Shown: in pieces, positions 33,570 through 42,703 of the stretch | Position numbering within the stretch: the first letter of the stretch is position 1 | Layout: each line of letters begins with the position of its first letter | NCBI GenBank assembly: GCA_949290785.1 | Contig: CASETE010000013.1 | Coordinates: 3,529-67,528, forward strand | From: an uncultured Pseudomonadota bacterium | GTDB lineage: Bacteria; Pseudomonadota; Alphaproteobacteria; Rs-D84 | DNA length: 64,000 bases | Direction: 5' to 3' | Notes under the pieces: generated by a model | What the model was told of the DNA's origin: nothing | The model's input: the letters and a program-made list of their open reading frames with translations, nothing else | The model's database searches: none | Translations under genes and position numbers: made by a program

Positions 33570-33595
33570 AAAAACGCCCGGTTGGGCGTTTTTTT
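33570..33595 (-). terminator. Terminator of the 33.6-37.7 kb minus-strand operon (ACGCCC-stem family)
   Basis: aaaaacgccc-ggtt-gggcgttttttt; the TAA stop of the 105-aa gene sits in the arm. Confidence 0.75.
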
Positions 33596-33911
33596 ATCTT
33601 AGTCCTTTTGAGCGGCAGCACGCCGACGCGGCACTGCGCCAATCTGAATATTGTTTCCCGGGGGTACGCAAATCTTGCCACGGCTGCCAGCCGTTACATT
33701 TCTTGTTTTCACCTGTGCCCGTACATTTGACGTAACGGCGCAAAGAACACGTTTGATCGGAAATTTTTCCCGTATCGGTTGTGCACTTTACGACGACGTT
33801 TTGATTGCGTGCGTCGTTTCTGCCCAATTCTTTTGATGATAATAATTGATATGCGTTAGCATTGCCGATTGTTAAGAATATTGCTGATATAAATAATAAT
33901 AAACGTTTCAT
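33594..33911 (-). CDS. 105-aa secreted Cys-rich protein
   Basis: Signal peptide MKRLLLFISAIFLTIGNANA; 8 Cys in the mature part. Last gene of the operon. Confidence 0.6.
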   Translation of the reverse strand: MKRLLLFISAIFLTIGNANAYQLLSSKELGRNDARNQNVVVKCTTDTGKISDQTCSLRRYVKCTGTGENKKCNGWQPWQDLRTPGKQYSDWRSAASACCRSKGLR

Positions 33912-33986
33912 ATCTTTCCCCTTGTATAATTAGATTATAAAAATTTTTAAATCAAAAAACAATGGGTAAATGTTCGGCTTGTTTTT

Positions 33987-35837
33987 TTATTCAGACGTAG
34001 TCCAAGGTTGGTCGTTCATTATCAAATAATACAAAGATGCATCTGGCATGTCGGGATTTCTTATTACCGGTCTTACGACATAAATGTCAACATTGCAAGG
34101 ATGTGTGTTTTTGTCTTCTTGGGTTTGTTGTAAGTAAAAATGAAATTTATTCGCAAAATCCATTGCTTGTAAATAAGCCGCATCGTCGTCTTCCGGATTA
34201 ACAGAATCACCCTGCCACATCAACCACATACCATAATTGACAACATTTTCTTGTCCTTGCAAGTCGTCGGCAGAAAGTAGTGTTAACGGTTTAAAATCAA
34301 TATCGTTTGTAAAAGTACCTGTACTTGTTTCTGTAAAGTCGTACATATCACCCAAGAATACAAGCGCACCATATAAAAAACCGCCCATTTCTTCCATCTT
34401 TGTAAGTTTACCTAGGTTGCTCATTGTTGATTGAAACAGCCAGTCGCGTATACGCCCCGATTTCATACTGCTGCGCGCAACCGATGCGCTGCTGCGTAAT
34501 AATCTTCCGCCGGTATTTGCCGCTTTGAATGCACGCCATGTTCTGGCAATTATGTTTCCCCTTTGTTTAATGCGTATACCGCGCAAAGCGTTCCTGTATT
34601 TGTTTAATTCAGAAAACGTTTTTGACTGTTCTTGATATTTTTTGACATCATCGGTTTTCGCCAGTTCTTGTTGTGTCTTTTGTAACTTAGACAGTTCGTC
34701 GCTTTTTGCAGTGCGCAATTTATCAAAATCATCAAGGCTTTTAAAGTCGTCCGCATTCTTACCAAGTTTCATTAATTCGTCAGAATATGTTTTTTCTGCT
34801 GTCTTTAAATCTTCGGTCAATCGTGCAGTTTTGGATGCGTCGGCACCTTTCATGCTGTCTCGGATTGTATTTATTTGACGGTATGCATCGCGCGCCTTAT
34901 CAATGGAACTCAGTTCTTGTGTGGCTTTGGATACATCACCACCAATTTTAATATATTTAACAACGGATTCGGATTGCCGCAATGTTTTTAGTGATGCACT
35001 CAGGTTTTTTAATGTCCTGGACGCACGTGTCGCTTTTGTTATCCCCGTTAAAACTGCCCCGCCACCAGCGGTTGCAACTGTTATTACTACATCCAGGCCA
35101 ACCTCGGCATAGCCTATCCAAGAAAGATTTGCATCGCCCGCAACATAATAGTCGTTTGAATCGTCTTCTATATTTACGGTTTCGTGCATTGCCAAATTTA
35201 TTATATCATCGTCAGACGCAAGTGCGCTTTTACTTGTACAGTTATAACCTTTTGGATAAATAGAATCAATATTATCATTAATCCATTTCATTGATATAGT
35301 GTTGTTTTTATCCGGACCAACAAATTCGTCCAACGCACCTGCCTGCACGACCATTATCGCGTACCATGCTGGGTCGGTGTTTGTCCAGATTGACGCATCG
35401 TTCATGTCGCCTATTCTGGGACTTGGTGTGGCTTCTGTTATGGTTCGCTTTTCAGTTAACATTAAATGTTGTTTAAGTACTTTTGGTTGCGTTTCATAGT
35501 TAACTATAACCTGCCTTCCACCAGGGAAATTATACACAATTGGCAAGAATTTTATTGATTCATCTTCTGGTATGTTTTGTAATTCTGGGCAGTTTAATAC
35601 GTTTTGCAAAACGGTTTTTTCTTGGAAGGTTGAATAAATCCATTGTCTAATTTCTGTTTCTGGCGACGTTTCTGAAACCTGTCCCGCAGAGGCATAAAGC
35701 GCATTTTCAAGAACCTGAGTCGCACATTGTGTATCATCGTATGGTATATTGCCTGTTGTAATATCGGGCGTAATATCTGCTGAAAACGCAGGAGTTGAAA
35801 CAATTGTTAAAAGTAAAATAATCAAATATTTAAACAT
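33987..35837 (-). CDS. 616-aa exported membrane-anchored protein with a central coiled coil, function unknown
   Basis: Signal peptide MFKYLIILLLTIVSTPAFSA, two internal hydrophobic segments (VGLDVVITVATAGGGAVLTGI; MGGFLYGALVFLG) and a K/D/E-rich coiled coil between them. Confidence 0.7.
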   Translation of the reverse strand: MFKYLIILLLTIVSTPAFSADITPDITTGNIPYDDTQCATQVLENALYASAGQVSETSPETEIRQWIYSTFQEKTVLQNVLNCPELQNIPEDESIKFLPIVYNFPGGRQVIVNYETQPKVLKQHLMLTEKRTITEATPSPRIGDMNDASIWTNTDPAWYAIMVVQAGALDEFVGPDKNNTISMKWINDNIDSIYPKGYNCTSKSALASDDDIINLAMHETVNIEDDSNDYYVAGDANLSWIGYAEVGLDVVITVATAGGGAVLTGITKATRASRTLKNLSASLKTLRQSESVVKYIKIGGDVSKATQELSSIDKARDAYRQINTIRDSMKGADASKTARLTEDLKTAEKTYSDELMKLGKNADDFKSLDDFDKLRTAKSDELSKLQKTQQELAKTDDVKKYQEQSKTFSELNKYRNALRGIRIKQRGNIIARTWRAFKAANTGGRLLRSSASVARSSMKSGRIRDWLFQSTMSNLGKLTKMEEMGGFLYGALVFLGDMYDFTETSTGTFTNDIDFKPLTLLSADDLQGQENVVNYGMWLMWQGDSVNPEDDDAAYLQAMDFANKFHFYLQQTQEDKNTHPCNVDIYVVRPVIRNPDMPDASLYYLIMNDQPWTTSE

Positions 35838-35841
35838 AAAT

Positions 35842-37227
35842 TTATTTTTTATTTTGTATATTTGTGTATTCGTCTTTGGTTAAATAACAATATTGAATAA
35901 GACTGATATTCGGTTGAAAATACACTTTGTTGTCATCATTTATATCTAGTTTTTTACTATTTGCATTAATTGTATTTATATTACATTTATTTATAGCCAA
36001 TGGTTGCCAATAGTCGCGTCTATTTGTTACGCATACAAACATTTTTGGTTCTTGTAAGGGTGTTTCTTCAAATACAGTTTCCGCAGGCGCATAAATAACA
36101 GTACCTTGTGTGCAATAGTCGTTATCACATTCAAATACATTGCCTGGTAAATTGCTTATATTATTTGTGTTTGAAGATTGACGTCGTGCTTCGTTATAAG
36201 TCGTTGAATTGCTGTATAAAAATTCATTGTCATCAACATCTTGGAGTATGTTTAAGTATACAGATGTTCTTCCGCATAAGCCAGGATTTTTGCTTTGGGT
36301 TACTATAATTGGTTTTTTATCTTGTGATGAATCAGAAGCGGTATCGCTTGTTGAAGAAGAGTTCGTGGAATTTTTGTTATCTTTATTTGATTTATATTGT
36401 TCTTTTGTCTCTTCGTTCCCTTTTTGTTTTGTGTCTTCTTTTTTTGCTTCACCGTTATTAGAAGATGCATCAGATTGTGCGGATGTAGTGTCGTCAATTA
36501 TGTTGTTAATGGGTTTATAGGCCGATTTATCTTTGTACGGTGCATAACCAGACGCTAAGACCTGTTGTTTTTGTTCAAATGATAAATCCGCGAAAGTCGC
36601 GGGAAAATCTGTTTTTATTACTTGATTAGAACCCGCAGAGTTTTGTGCCTGCAATCGTTTAAGTTCTTCTTCACGGGCACGCATCTCGGTCTGCCAATTT
36701 GATTTCTGCGGTGGCGATGCGACATCTGTATTATTTTTTTTGTTGTTCGTTACATCAGGATTTGGAACAAGTGCTTCCGGAAAAGCAACCGCCTGCCCTG
36801 TTGGCGCGGCGTTGGAATTGTTTTTCTTGTAGGTTTCAAACGTCGGTTGTATATAAGCCGCACACGGCGTTACAAAATTATGTCCCGGTAAACTGGCCAA
36901 TTGAACGGTAATGGTTGGGTTTATATCCGTTAAACTGATATCCATACAATTGTTTCTGCTTGCACAATATGATTCTATCAATGCGCTGACAACCCGTTGA
37001 CAATCAGCCGTTGTAACGTCAGGACCCTGTACATATACTGGTACAGGCATGCGCTGATTATACGGACTGTCCGGCGTCCAAAATGGATTGGATGAATAGT
37101 TTTGTACGTTCTGGATTTGACCGTATTTAGAAAAAGGCTGATTCGGCGTCGGAAATGTCGTCGCGTCCGACGTACAAGGCATTAGAAAACAAATCCCTAA
37201 TAAAACGAAATAAAACCGCATTTTCAT
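35842..37227 (-). CDS. 461-aa secreted protein: two Cys-containing domains joined by an S/N/K/D-rich linker
   Basis: N-terminal hydrophobic leader MKMRFYFVLLGICFLMPCTSDA. The stop lies 4 nt before the next ATG. No family recognised. Confidence 0.7.
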   Translation of the reverse strand: MKMRFYFVLLGICFLMPCTSDATTFPTPNQPFSKYGQIQNVQNYSSNPFWTPDSPYNQRMPVPVYVQGPDVTTADCQRVVSALIESYCASRNNCMDISLTDINPTITVQLASLPGHNFVTPCAAYIQPTFETYKKNNSNAAPTGQAVAFPEALVPNPDVTNNKKNNTDVASPPQKSNWQTEMRAREEELKRLQAQNSAGSNQVIKTDFPATFADLSFEQKQQVLASGYAPYKDKSAYKPINNIIDDTTSAQSDASSNNGEAKKEDTKQKGNEETKEQYKSNKDNKNSTNSSSTSDTASDSSQDKKPIIVTQSKNPGLCGRTSVYLNILQDVDDNEFLYSNSTTYNEARRQSSNTNNISNLPGNVFECDNDYCTQGTVIYAPAETVFEETPLQEPKMFVCVTNRRDYWQPLAINKCNINTINANSKKLDINDDNKVYFQPNISLIQYCYLTKDEYTNIQNKK

Positions 37228-37257
37228 TCTCTATCCATTATCCCCGTTTATTTAACA

Positions 37258-37731
37258 TTATATCAAAAAACTTGTTATTATTAAAGCCAAAAATCCCCCG
37301 GCGATGAAGAACGGAGCAAAAGGTATGAACTGTTGTTTCTTGCGTAACCCCCATATGCCCCCAAAAAGACACGATAATACTAACGCTATGGACAGTCCTG
37401 TAAAGCCAAGCCATATACCGCCAACGCCTATTAATTTTATGTCGCCCATGCCGATGGGGTTGTCGTATTTATATTTACCCTTGTTTTTTATGCTGCCGAA
37501 TATCAGGCCTATAATTGTAGATAAAATGTATCCAAATGTCCCTGCCAGAGCACTTTCGCGCGGACCAATGTGCCACCATGGAAATAAGCTGACAATAAGC
37601 AGGCCTATTAACAACATCGGAAACAAATAGACGTCAGGGATAATTCTTCTACGTAAATCAGCCACAGATATCTTCCAGGCGCAAAATAACGCCCCCGCCA
37701 ATAAGCCGATAAAAAATATATACAAAATCAT
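37258..37731 (-). CDS. A24-family prepilin-type (CpaA-like) aspartic peptidase
   Basis: 157 aa, about 5 TM segments. ADLRRRIIPD (first Asp box), IGMGDIKLIGVGGIWLG (GxGDxKL box), IPFAPFFIAGG. Confidence 0.8.
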   Translation of the reverse strand: MILYIFFIGLLAGALFCAWKISVADLRRRIIPDVYLFPMLLIGLLIVSLFPWWHIGPRESALAGTFGYILSTIIGLIFGSIKNKGKYKYDNPIGMGDIKLIGVGGIWLGFTGLSIALVLSCLFGGIWGLRKKQQFIPFAPFFIAGGFLALIITSFLI

Positions 37732-37800
37732 ATTTTTCCCCCTTGCCTTTCGATTCGAAACTATGCTACACTTATATTGTAATTTAGAAAAGGGTTTTTT

Positions 37801-38373
37801 ATGAGCAAGGGTTGGGATAGTGTGATGTTGAAAAAATTAAAGGCCTTGACTGGTAAAGGCTTGTCAACATCTGAAATCGGTAAACGACTGGGAATGTCAA
37901 AGAATGCCGTTGTAGGTAAGTTAAATAGATTGGGGTGGAATTCCAAGGCCGGTGGCGTGACCAACACAAGTGGCGCCAAAACCCAAAAGAAGACCACGTC
38001 TAAAAAAACGGTTGTTGCGACAACCGGCAAAGTACAAAAAAAGCCCGGTATAATTTCGGCTATCAAAAGTGCCAAAAAGGCCGTTGGTAAAAAAACAACC
38101 GATACAAAAAAACGAGGCGGGGCCTGCGCAGACAAAAAATCTGTAACTAGTAGTAATCGGACGCTGAATAAAAACTTGGCAATGCACCAGCGAATAATTC
38201 AACATTCTTTGGAAATGGCTAATTTGAAACCGAATCAGTGTCGTTGGCCAATCGGTGACCCTGATTCTGAAAATTTTCATTTCTGTGGTGAACAGGTATT
38301 TGTTGGCAAGCCTTATTGTTATGAACACTGCAAGCAAGCATATCAGTTTAACCCACCTAAAAAAAATAAATAA
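37801..38373 (+). CDS. gcrA: GcrA cell-cycle regulator
   Basis: N-terminal W....L..L...GLSTSEIGKRLGMSKNAVVGKLNRLGW and C-terminal CRWPIGDP.....FCG......KPYCYEHC..AYQ. Confidence 0.92.
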   Translation: MSKGWDSVMLKKLKALTGKGLSTSEIGKRLGMSKNAVVGKLNRLGWNSKAGGVTNTSGAKTQKKTTSKKTVVATTGKVQKKPGIISAIKSAKKAVGKKTTDTKKRGGACADKKSVTSSNRTLNKNLAMHQRIIQHSLEMANLKPNQCRWPIGDPDSENFHFCGEQVFVGKPYCYEHCKQAYQFNPPKKNK

Positions 38374-38385
38374 GGGTCATACTAA

Positions 38386-40500
38386 ATGATAAGAGAGAGA
38401 GAAGCGTCTTACCTTCATTTTAAAGATTATCAAATTGATAATAACTCTTTGCGTGCCTTTTATGATAATGAAAACAAGTTGGTTTTTGTTCTTGATAATA
38501 CAATTACAGACATAAAACCAAATGTTATGTTGGTCATGAATCCTGTTGCTGACAGAAAGTGGGACGATATACTTTCTAATGATTATAATGTTGATTTGGA
38601 AACCGTAAGACCTAAAAAAGATAACAAATATCAAAAATTAGACGTTGAATATAGCGGATTGGGGGCTTATGAAAATTTAATTAACGCGTTTATGAACAAG
38701 TCAGATTTAACTGATGCGCTGGCGCTATTGCAATCGGTTCGTAATGTTGCAATGCAACGTTCGGCGACTGACAGACTGGAAACGGCCGAAAGTAACGCTG
38801 AAAAATCGCGTGAAACGATAGTAAAGACAAATCAAACAATTTCTGAATTGCAGGTAAAACTAAGACAATTGCGTGCAAAGTTGACGCAGCAGAAAAATCA
38901 AGTGGGAAAAGAGCCTACAAAACAATCGGCTTCTAAGATATTGCGAACCGAGGCGCAAATTGATGCGATAAACGAAAAGTTAGGTCGCGCAAAAAAACGT
39001 TTGGCGAACGCACAAAAAAGACTTGTTGCAGCAGATGAAGACGCTGAAACAGCGCGTGGTATTTTAGCGTTGCTGGATTCCTTGGGTTCTATGGAATTAA
39101 AGAAATATGAACAAAACGTAAATTTACCTGTTAAACAAGAACGTGGCGATGTGGTCATAAAAAAAGACGCGCCCGTGCCGGTACGGCAAAACGAACATAT
39201 TGAAAAAAATGTTCAAATAAGTAACAATGTAGTAAAAGAAACAAAGGCAGAAAAAATGGCAGACGAAGAAGTAAAACCATTATTTGATAAAGACCCGGAA
39301 ATATTAGATGAAGAATTGGCGTTTAAACCAATAGATTTTGGTTCTGGGACTGGCAATGGCGTGCAGTCTGTGGCACCAACAACAAACGTGTCTGATATGC
39401 AAACGACGCGTAATAATGATGTGGCTTTGGATTCTACGCCGTTATCTTTTACGCCGCCTGTTTCGTCTGTCGGTACGGATGCGAATAATTCTATGTCCCA
39501 GCAAGACAATCAAAGAACAGATAATGTTGTGCCAGAGAATAGACCGGCACCAGTCTTGGATGCTATTAAACCGGTGGAAATGCCGAATGTTAATACTATG
39601 CCGGAAACGCCAGATGATAATTTTCAAGTTACACCATCTGTGAAAGATGCGCCTGTTTCTGTTTCGCCTGTATCGTCAAATCCTGCACCGGTTGCACCTG
39701 TTTCTGGTATTGCGCCGGCGGCAAGACCACAGGCTCCAAGTGTTGCAGGTGGCGGTCGCCCTGTGTCGCCTATTACCGGTTCTGGTACGACCATGACGCC
39801 AGTGCCTAGAAAGCCGACTGTGGCATATTACGTTTTGTTAATCTTGTTGATAGCATTGTCCATATTTACTTTGTGGTTATATCAACAGAGAGGCGTCAAA
39901 AGCGAAGTTCCTGATTTGGCGCCAACAGTTCAACAAACAGAACCTGAAGTTGTTGCGGAAAAATCGGCTGCAGACGAAATGGAAAGTCCATTTATTCAAC
40001 CGGTTGCGCAGCCAAATCAGCAAGTGGATGAACAACAGCAGGTTGTACAGCAAGATATGGGGCAACCAGAACAACCTATGCAAACGCCTGAACAGGTAAC
40101 GGTCGTTGAAGAAGAAACTGTTGTGCAGGAACAAGAAGTTATGGCGCCAGCAGAAGATACTTCTATGAATGTGCCAGAGTCCGACACGATACAACCTACT
40201 GTGGTGCCAGAATATACTGCGCCTGCCCCGGTTGTTCCTACAGAAGATGAAGTAATCGCAAGCAAGCCTGCTTATAACGTTTCTCAGAATGAGAATATGT
40301 TTGTCGCGGATGAAGCCTATGAAACCGACGAACAGTTTTATGCCGAGGAACAGACGGTAAATGAAGGACAATTATGTCCTGATGGTACAAGCCCAGACGT
40401 TAACGGTTGTTGTACGGGTGAAGTTTATACTGATATGGGCAGTGCTGGGTTCAATTGTTGCCCAAGTACCGGTGGCGATTGCTTTGCGCCATTATTTTAA
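38386..40500 (+). CDS. 704-aa bitopic protein: cytoplasmic coiled coil, Pro-rich linker, TM, acidic Q/E/P-rich region, C-terminal Cys knot
   Basis: TM segment VAYYVLLILLIALSIFTLWLY at about residue 485. C-terminus CPDGTSPDVNGCCTGEVYTDMGSAGFNCCPSTGGDCFAPLF. The start lies 13 nt after the gcrA stop. Confidence 0.75.
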   Translation: MIREREASYLHFKDYQIDNNSLRAFYDNENKLVFVLDNTITDIKPNVMLVMNPVADRKWDDILSNDYNVDLETVRPKKDNKYQKLDVEYSGLGAYENLINAFMNKSDLTDALALLQSVRNVAMQRSATDRLETAESNAEKSRETIVKTNQTISELQVKLRQLRAKLTQQKNQVGKEPTKQSASKILRTEAQIDAINEKLGRAKKRLANAQKRLVAADEDAETARGILALLDSLGSMELKKYEQNVNLPVKQERGDVVIKKDAPVPVRQNEHIEKNVQISNNVVKETKAEKMADEEVKPLFDKDPEILDEELAFKPIDFGSGTGNGVQSVAPTTNVSDMQTTRNNDVALDSTPLSFTPPVSSVGTDANNSMSQQDNQRTDNVVPENRPAPVLDAIKPVEMPNVNTMPETPDDNFQVTPSVKDAPVSVSPVSSNPAPVAPVSGIAPAARPQAPSVAGGGRPVSPITGSGTTMTPVPRKPTVAYYVLLILLIALSIFTLWLYQQRGVKSEVPDLAPTVQQTEPEVVAEKSAADEMESPFIQPVAQPNQQVDEQQQVVQQDMGQPEQPMQTPEQVTVVEEETVVQEQEVMAPAEDTSMNVPESDTIQPTVVPEYTAPAPVVPTEDEVIASKPAYNVSQNENMFVADEAYETDEQFYAEEQTVNEGQLCPDGTSPDVNGCCTGEVYTDMGSAGFNCCPSTGGDCFAPLF

Positions 40501-40529
40501 GGTGCGGTTAATAAGCATATAAGTAAAAT

Positions 40530-40557
40530 AAAAAATCCGCATAACGCGGATTTTTTT
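40530..40557. terminator. Bidirectional terminator between the 704-aa gene and acpS
   Basis: aaaaaatccgc-ataa-cgcggattttttt. Confidence 0.75.
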
Positions 40558-40933
40558 ATAATTGTTCTATTACTACCATTGCGACACAATAATCGCCCTG
40601 GTCTGTCAGTGACAGATGTATTTTTGTTTTTTCGACGGTTAGGTTTTTTAATGTCGTTTTTGCCCCGCCTGCTAATAACAGTTCAGGCTTTCCTTTTTCA
40701 TCGTGTATGACTGAAACATCGGAAAAAGCAATTTCATCACCAAAGCCCGTACCCAAAGCTTTTAAGCAAGCCTCGCGCGCGGCCCAGAAATTAGCAAGAT
40801 GTTTTTCAGCGTTAGAGTTATCAGTATCTGCATATTCCAATTCTTTTTTTGTAAATATGCGTTGTTTTTTGAACGCAGACCAATCAAGAAATCGGTCACA
40901 TTCTACAAGATCAATGCCAATACCAAGTATCAC
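40556..40933 (-). CDS. acpS: Holo-[acyl-carrier-protein] synthase
   Basis: MILGIGIDLVE..RF....F....FT..E and ...AAREA.LKALGTG. Confidence 0.92.
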   Translation of the reverse strand: MILGIGIDLVECDRFLDWSAFKKQRIFTKKELEYADTDNSNAEKHLANFWAAREACLKALGTGFGDEIAFSDVSVIHDEKGKPELLLAGGAKTTLKNLTVEKTKIHLSLTDQGDYCVAMVVIEQL

Positions 40934-41020
40934 GGATATTTCCTCCCCTAGACTTTTGGTTAATCGATATGCGTCATACTAGACACTTTTAACCGATTCG
41001 TGCAAGCACAAAATATATTC

Positions 41021-41049
41021 TTGCATTTATTATTTGGTAATTGTATAAA
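41021..41049 (+). promoter_or_regulatory. Sigma70-like promoter of tRNA-Pro
   Basis: TTGCAT (41021-41026), 17-nt spacer, TATAAA (41044-41049), about 12 nt before the tRNA. Confidence 0.55.
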
Positions 41050-41060
41050 TAGGACTATGT

Positions 41061-41137
41061 CGGGGCGTAGCTCAGCCTGGTAGAGTACTTGCATGGGGTG
41101 CAAGGGGTCGCAGGTTCGATTCCTGTCGCCCCGACCA
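41061..41137 (+). tRNA. tRNA-Pro (anticodon GGG)
   Basis: Acceptor CGGGGCG/CGCCCCG, anticodon loop atGGGgt, T loop TTCGATT, encoded CCA. Confidence 0.92.
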
Positions 41138-41170
41138 GAAATAAGAAAAGCTGTGGATAATATTATCATT

Positions 41171-41494
41171 ATGATACATACAATTAATATCAAAGAAAAA
41201 TATTTCAACCTTATTAAATCTGGCGTAAAAACCGTTGAACTTAGATTGTATACTCGCCCATTTCAGCAAATAAAAATTGGGGATAAAATTCAATTTATAA
41301 ACCGTGATGAAAAATTTATAGCAACAGTTACGGGGTTTGTGTTGTCTGATACGTTTAAAAATTTGTTTACAATTATACCTGTAAGCGACGCTGGTTTTTC
41401 CTCTGTCGCAGACGCTTTGAATGTTATGGAGACTTTTTACCCTGTCAAAAGACAACTGGAACAAGGTGTCGTCGGAATAAAAATTAAAATATAA
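41171..41494 (+). CDS. ASCH-domain protein
   Basis: 107 aa. IKEKYFNLIKSGVKTVELRLY....IKIGDKIQF is typical of ASCH/YqfB-like proteins. The listed start at 41093 overlaps tRNA-Pro and is rejected. Confidence 0.6.
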   Translation: MIHTINIKEKYFNLIKSGVKTVELRLYTRPFQQIKIGDKIQFINRDEKFIATVTGFVLSDTFKNLFTIIPVSDAGFSSVADALNVMETFYPVKRQLEQGVVGIKIKI

Positions 41495-41810
41495 CCGAGG
41501 TTTAATAGGTTGAGTTTACGATTTGTATTTTAGGGTCAGAACCCGTTGGCGCAGAATCTTCTTGGCGGTTGGATACAGTCAAATAAATACCTAGCCAAAT
41601 GCAAATAAGAACTATAAGAGTAAATAATATAATCTGAGCAATTTTAAAAGACGTAATTTGTTTTGACAATTGTTGTTCCCTTGGTTTGTTACTTTGTATT
41701 TTATCAAATTATAAGAAGAAAAAATATCCGTTTTTATTCCTGAAAAAATTGATTTCTTAATGGATTTGCTATAATATTTCCTGTGAAAAAAGATTAACAA
41801 AGGTTGGCAT

Positions 41811-42695
41811 ATGTTCGTTACAGAAAAATTAAAAACGTTTTCTTGGGTAAATGTAGGTAATCCAGATCATGAAGATTTTGAAAAATTGCAAAACGAATAT
41901 AAAATAGATGAAGATACCATATCAGACATTCTGGACGCGGACGAACAGCCAAGGTTTGAGGTAGAAGACGATTACAAGGTCATCATCGTTCGTTTCCCCA
42001 TCATTAATCGTGAAATAGACACTTTATGGCATACAGAACCGTTATCTATCATTTATTCTGCTAATCGCGTCATAACGGTTTGTCGTAAACGTTGCGACTT
42101 GCTGGATAAAATCAAAAAGGACGAAAAAACATCCAGAGAAGAATTTATCCTGAACATAATTTATTATATTGCAGAATCTTATCTGCGGTCTGTGAAAGAG
42201 TTAAACAGGCGCGTCATAGAATCAAAAAAGATATTATTAGAACGCATTCGCAAAAAAGAATTGTTGGCGTTGTTAGAGGTTCAAAATAGTTATACGTTAT
42301 ATATGGCTGGTCTGAAAGGAAATCTGGCGGTGCTGGACAAGTTAGAAAAAGTGCGCGGTTTCGTAAAAACAGAAGAAACAAAAGAACTAACCGAAGATAC
42401 CAGAATAGAATTGTCCCAAGGAATAGAAGTTGTTACGTCGTACAGTAAGATGTTGAAATCAATCAAAGAAACGTTTGAAAGCGTCATTAATATGGATTCC
42501 AATACTTACATTAACAGACTAACTATGTGGAACATAATACTTGTGGTGCCGACGGTGGTCGTTGGTTATTACGGCATGAATATGAAGTTACCTTTTGCAG
42601 AAAACGAACAAACTGCCGTTGCAATTTTTGTGCTGATAATGGTTTTGTTGTTGGGCTTTGCTATGTTTAGTTTAATAAGACGTAGAATCGTATAA
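41811..42695 (+). CDS. corA: CorA-family Mg2+/Co2+ transporter
   Basis: YGMNMKLPF (GMN motif) between two C-terminal TM segments; 294 aa. Confidence 0.88.
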   Translation: MFVTEKLKTFSWVNVGNPDHEDFEKLQNEYKIDEDTISDILDADEQPRFEVEDDYKVIIVRFPIINREIDTLWHTEPLSIIYSANRVITVCRKRCDLLDKIKKDEKTSREEFILNIIYYIAESYLRSVKELNRRVIESKKILLERIRKKELLALLEVQNSYTLYMAGLKGNLAVLDKLEKVRGFVKTEETKELTEDTRIELSQGIEVVTSYSKMLKSIKETFESVINMDSNTYINRLTMWNIILVVPTVVVGYYGMNMKLPFAENEQTAVAIFVLIMVLLLGFAMFSLIRRRIV

Positions 42696-42703
42696 TTAAC
42701 TGT

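Noticed and set aside
33348-41060. The tRNA-Val to tRNA-Pro interval as a classical tRNA-integrated genomic island.
   Set aside because: I found no direct repeat of the tRNA-Val 3' end and no integrase. The interval also contains core genes (gcrA, acpS). Accessory character is therefore argued gene by gene, not as an island.
41152-41160. Perfect DnaA box (tgtggataa, the reverse complement of TTATCCACA) downstream of tRNA-Pro as an origin marker.
   Set aside because: It is a single isolated 9-mer, roughly what chance gives in 64 kb on both strands. There is no cluster, no adjacent AT-rich DUE and no origin-linked genes.
41093-41170. The 5' extension of the ASCH ORF overlapping tRNA-Pro.
   Set aside because: The extension is the tRNA read in frame. 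The ATG at 41171 gives a complete ASCH-like domain.
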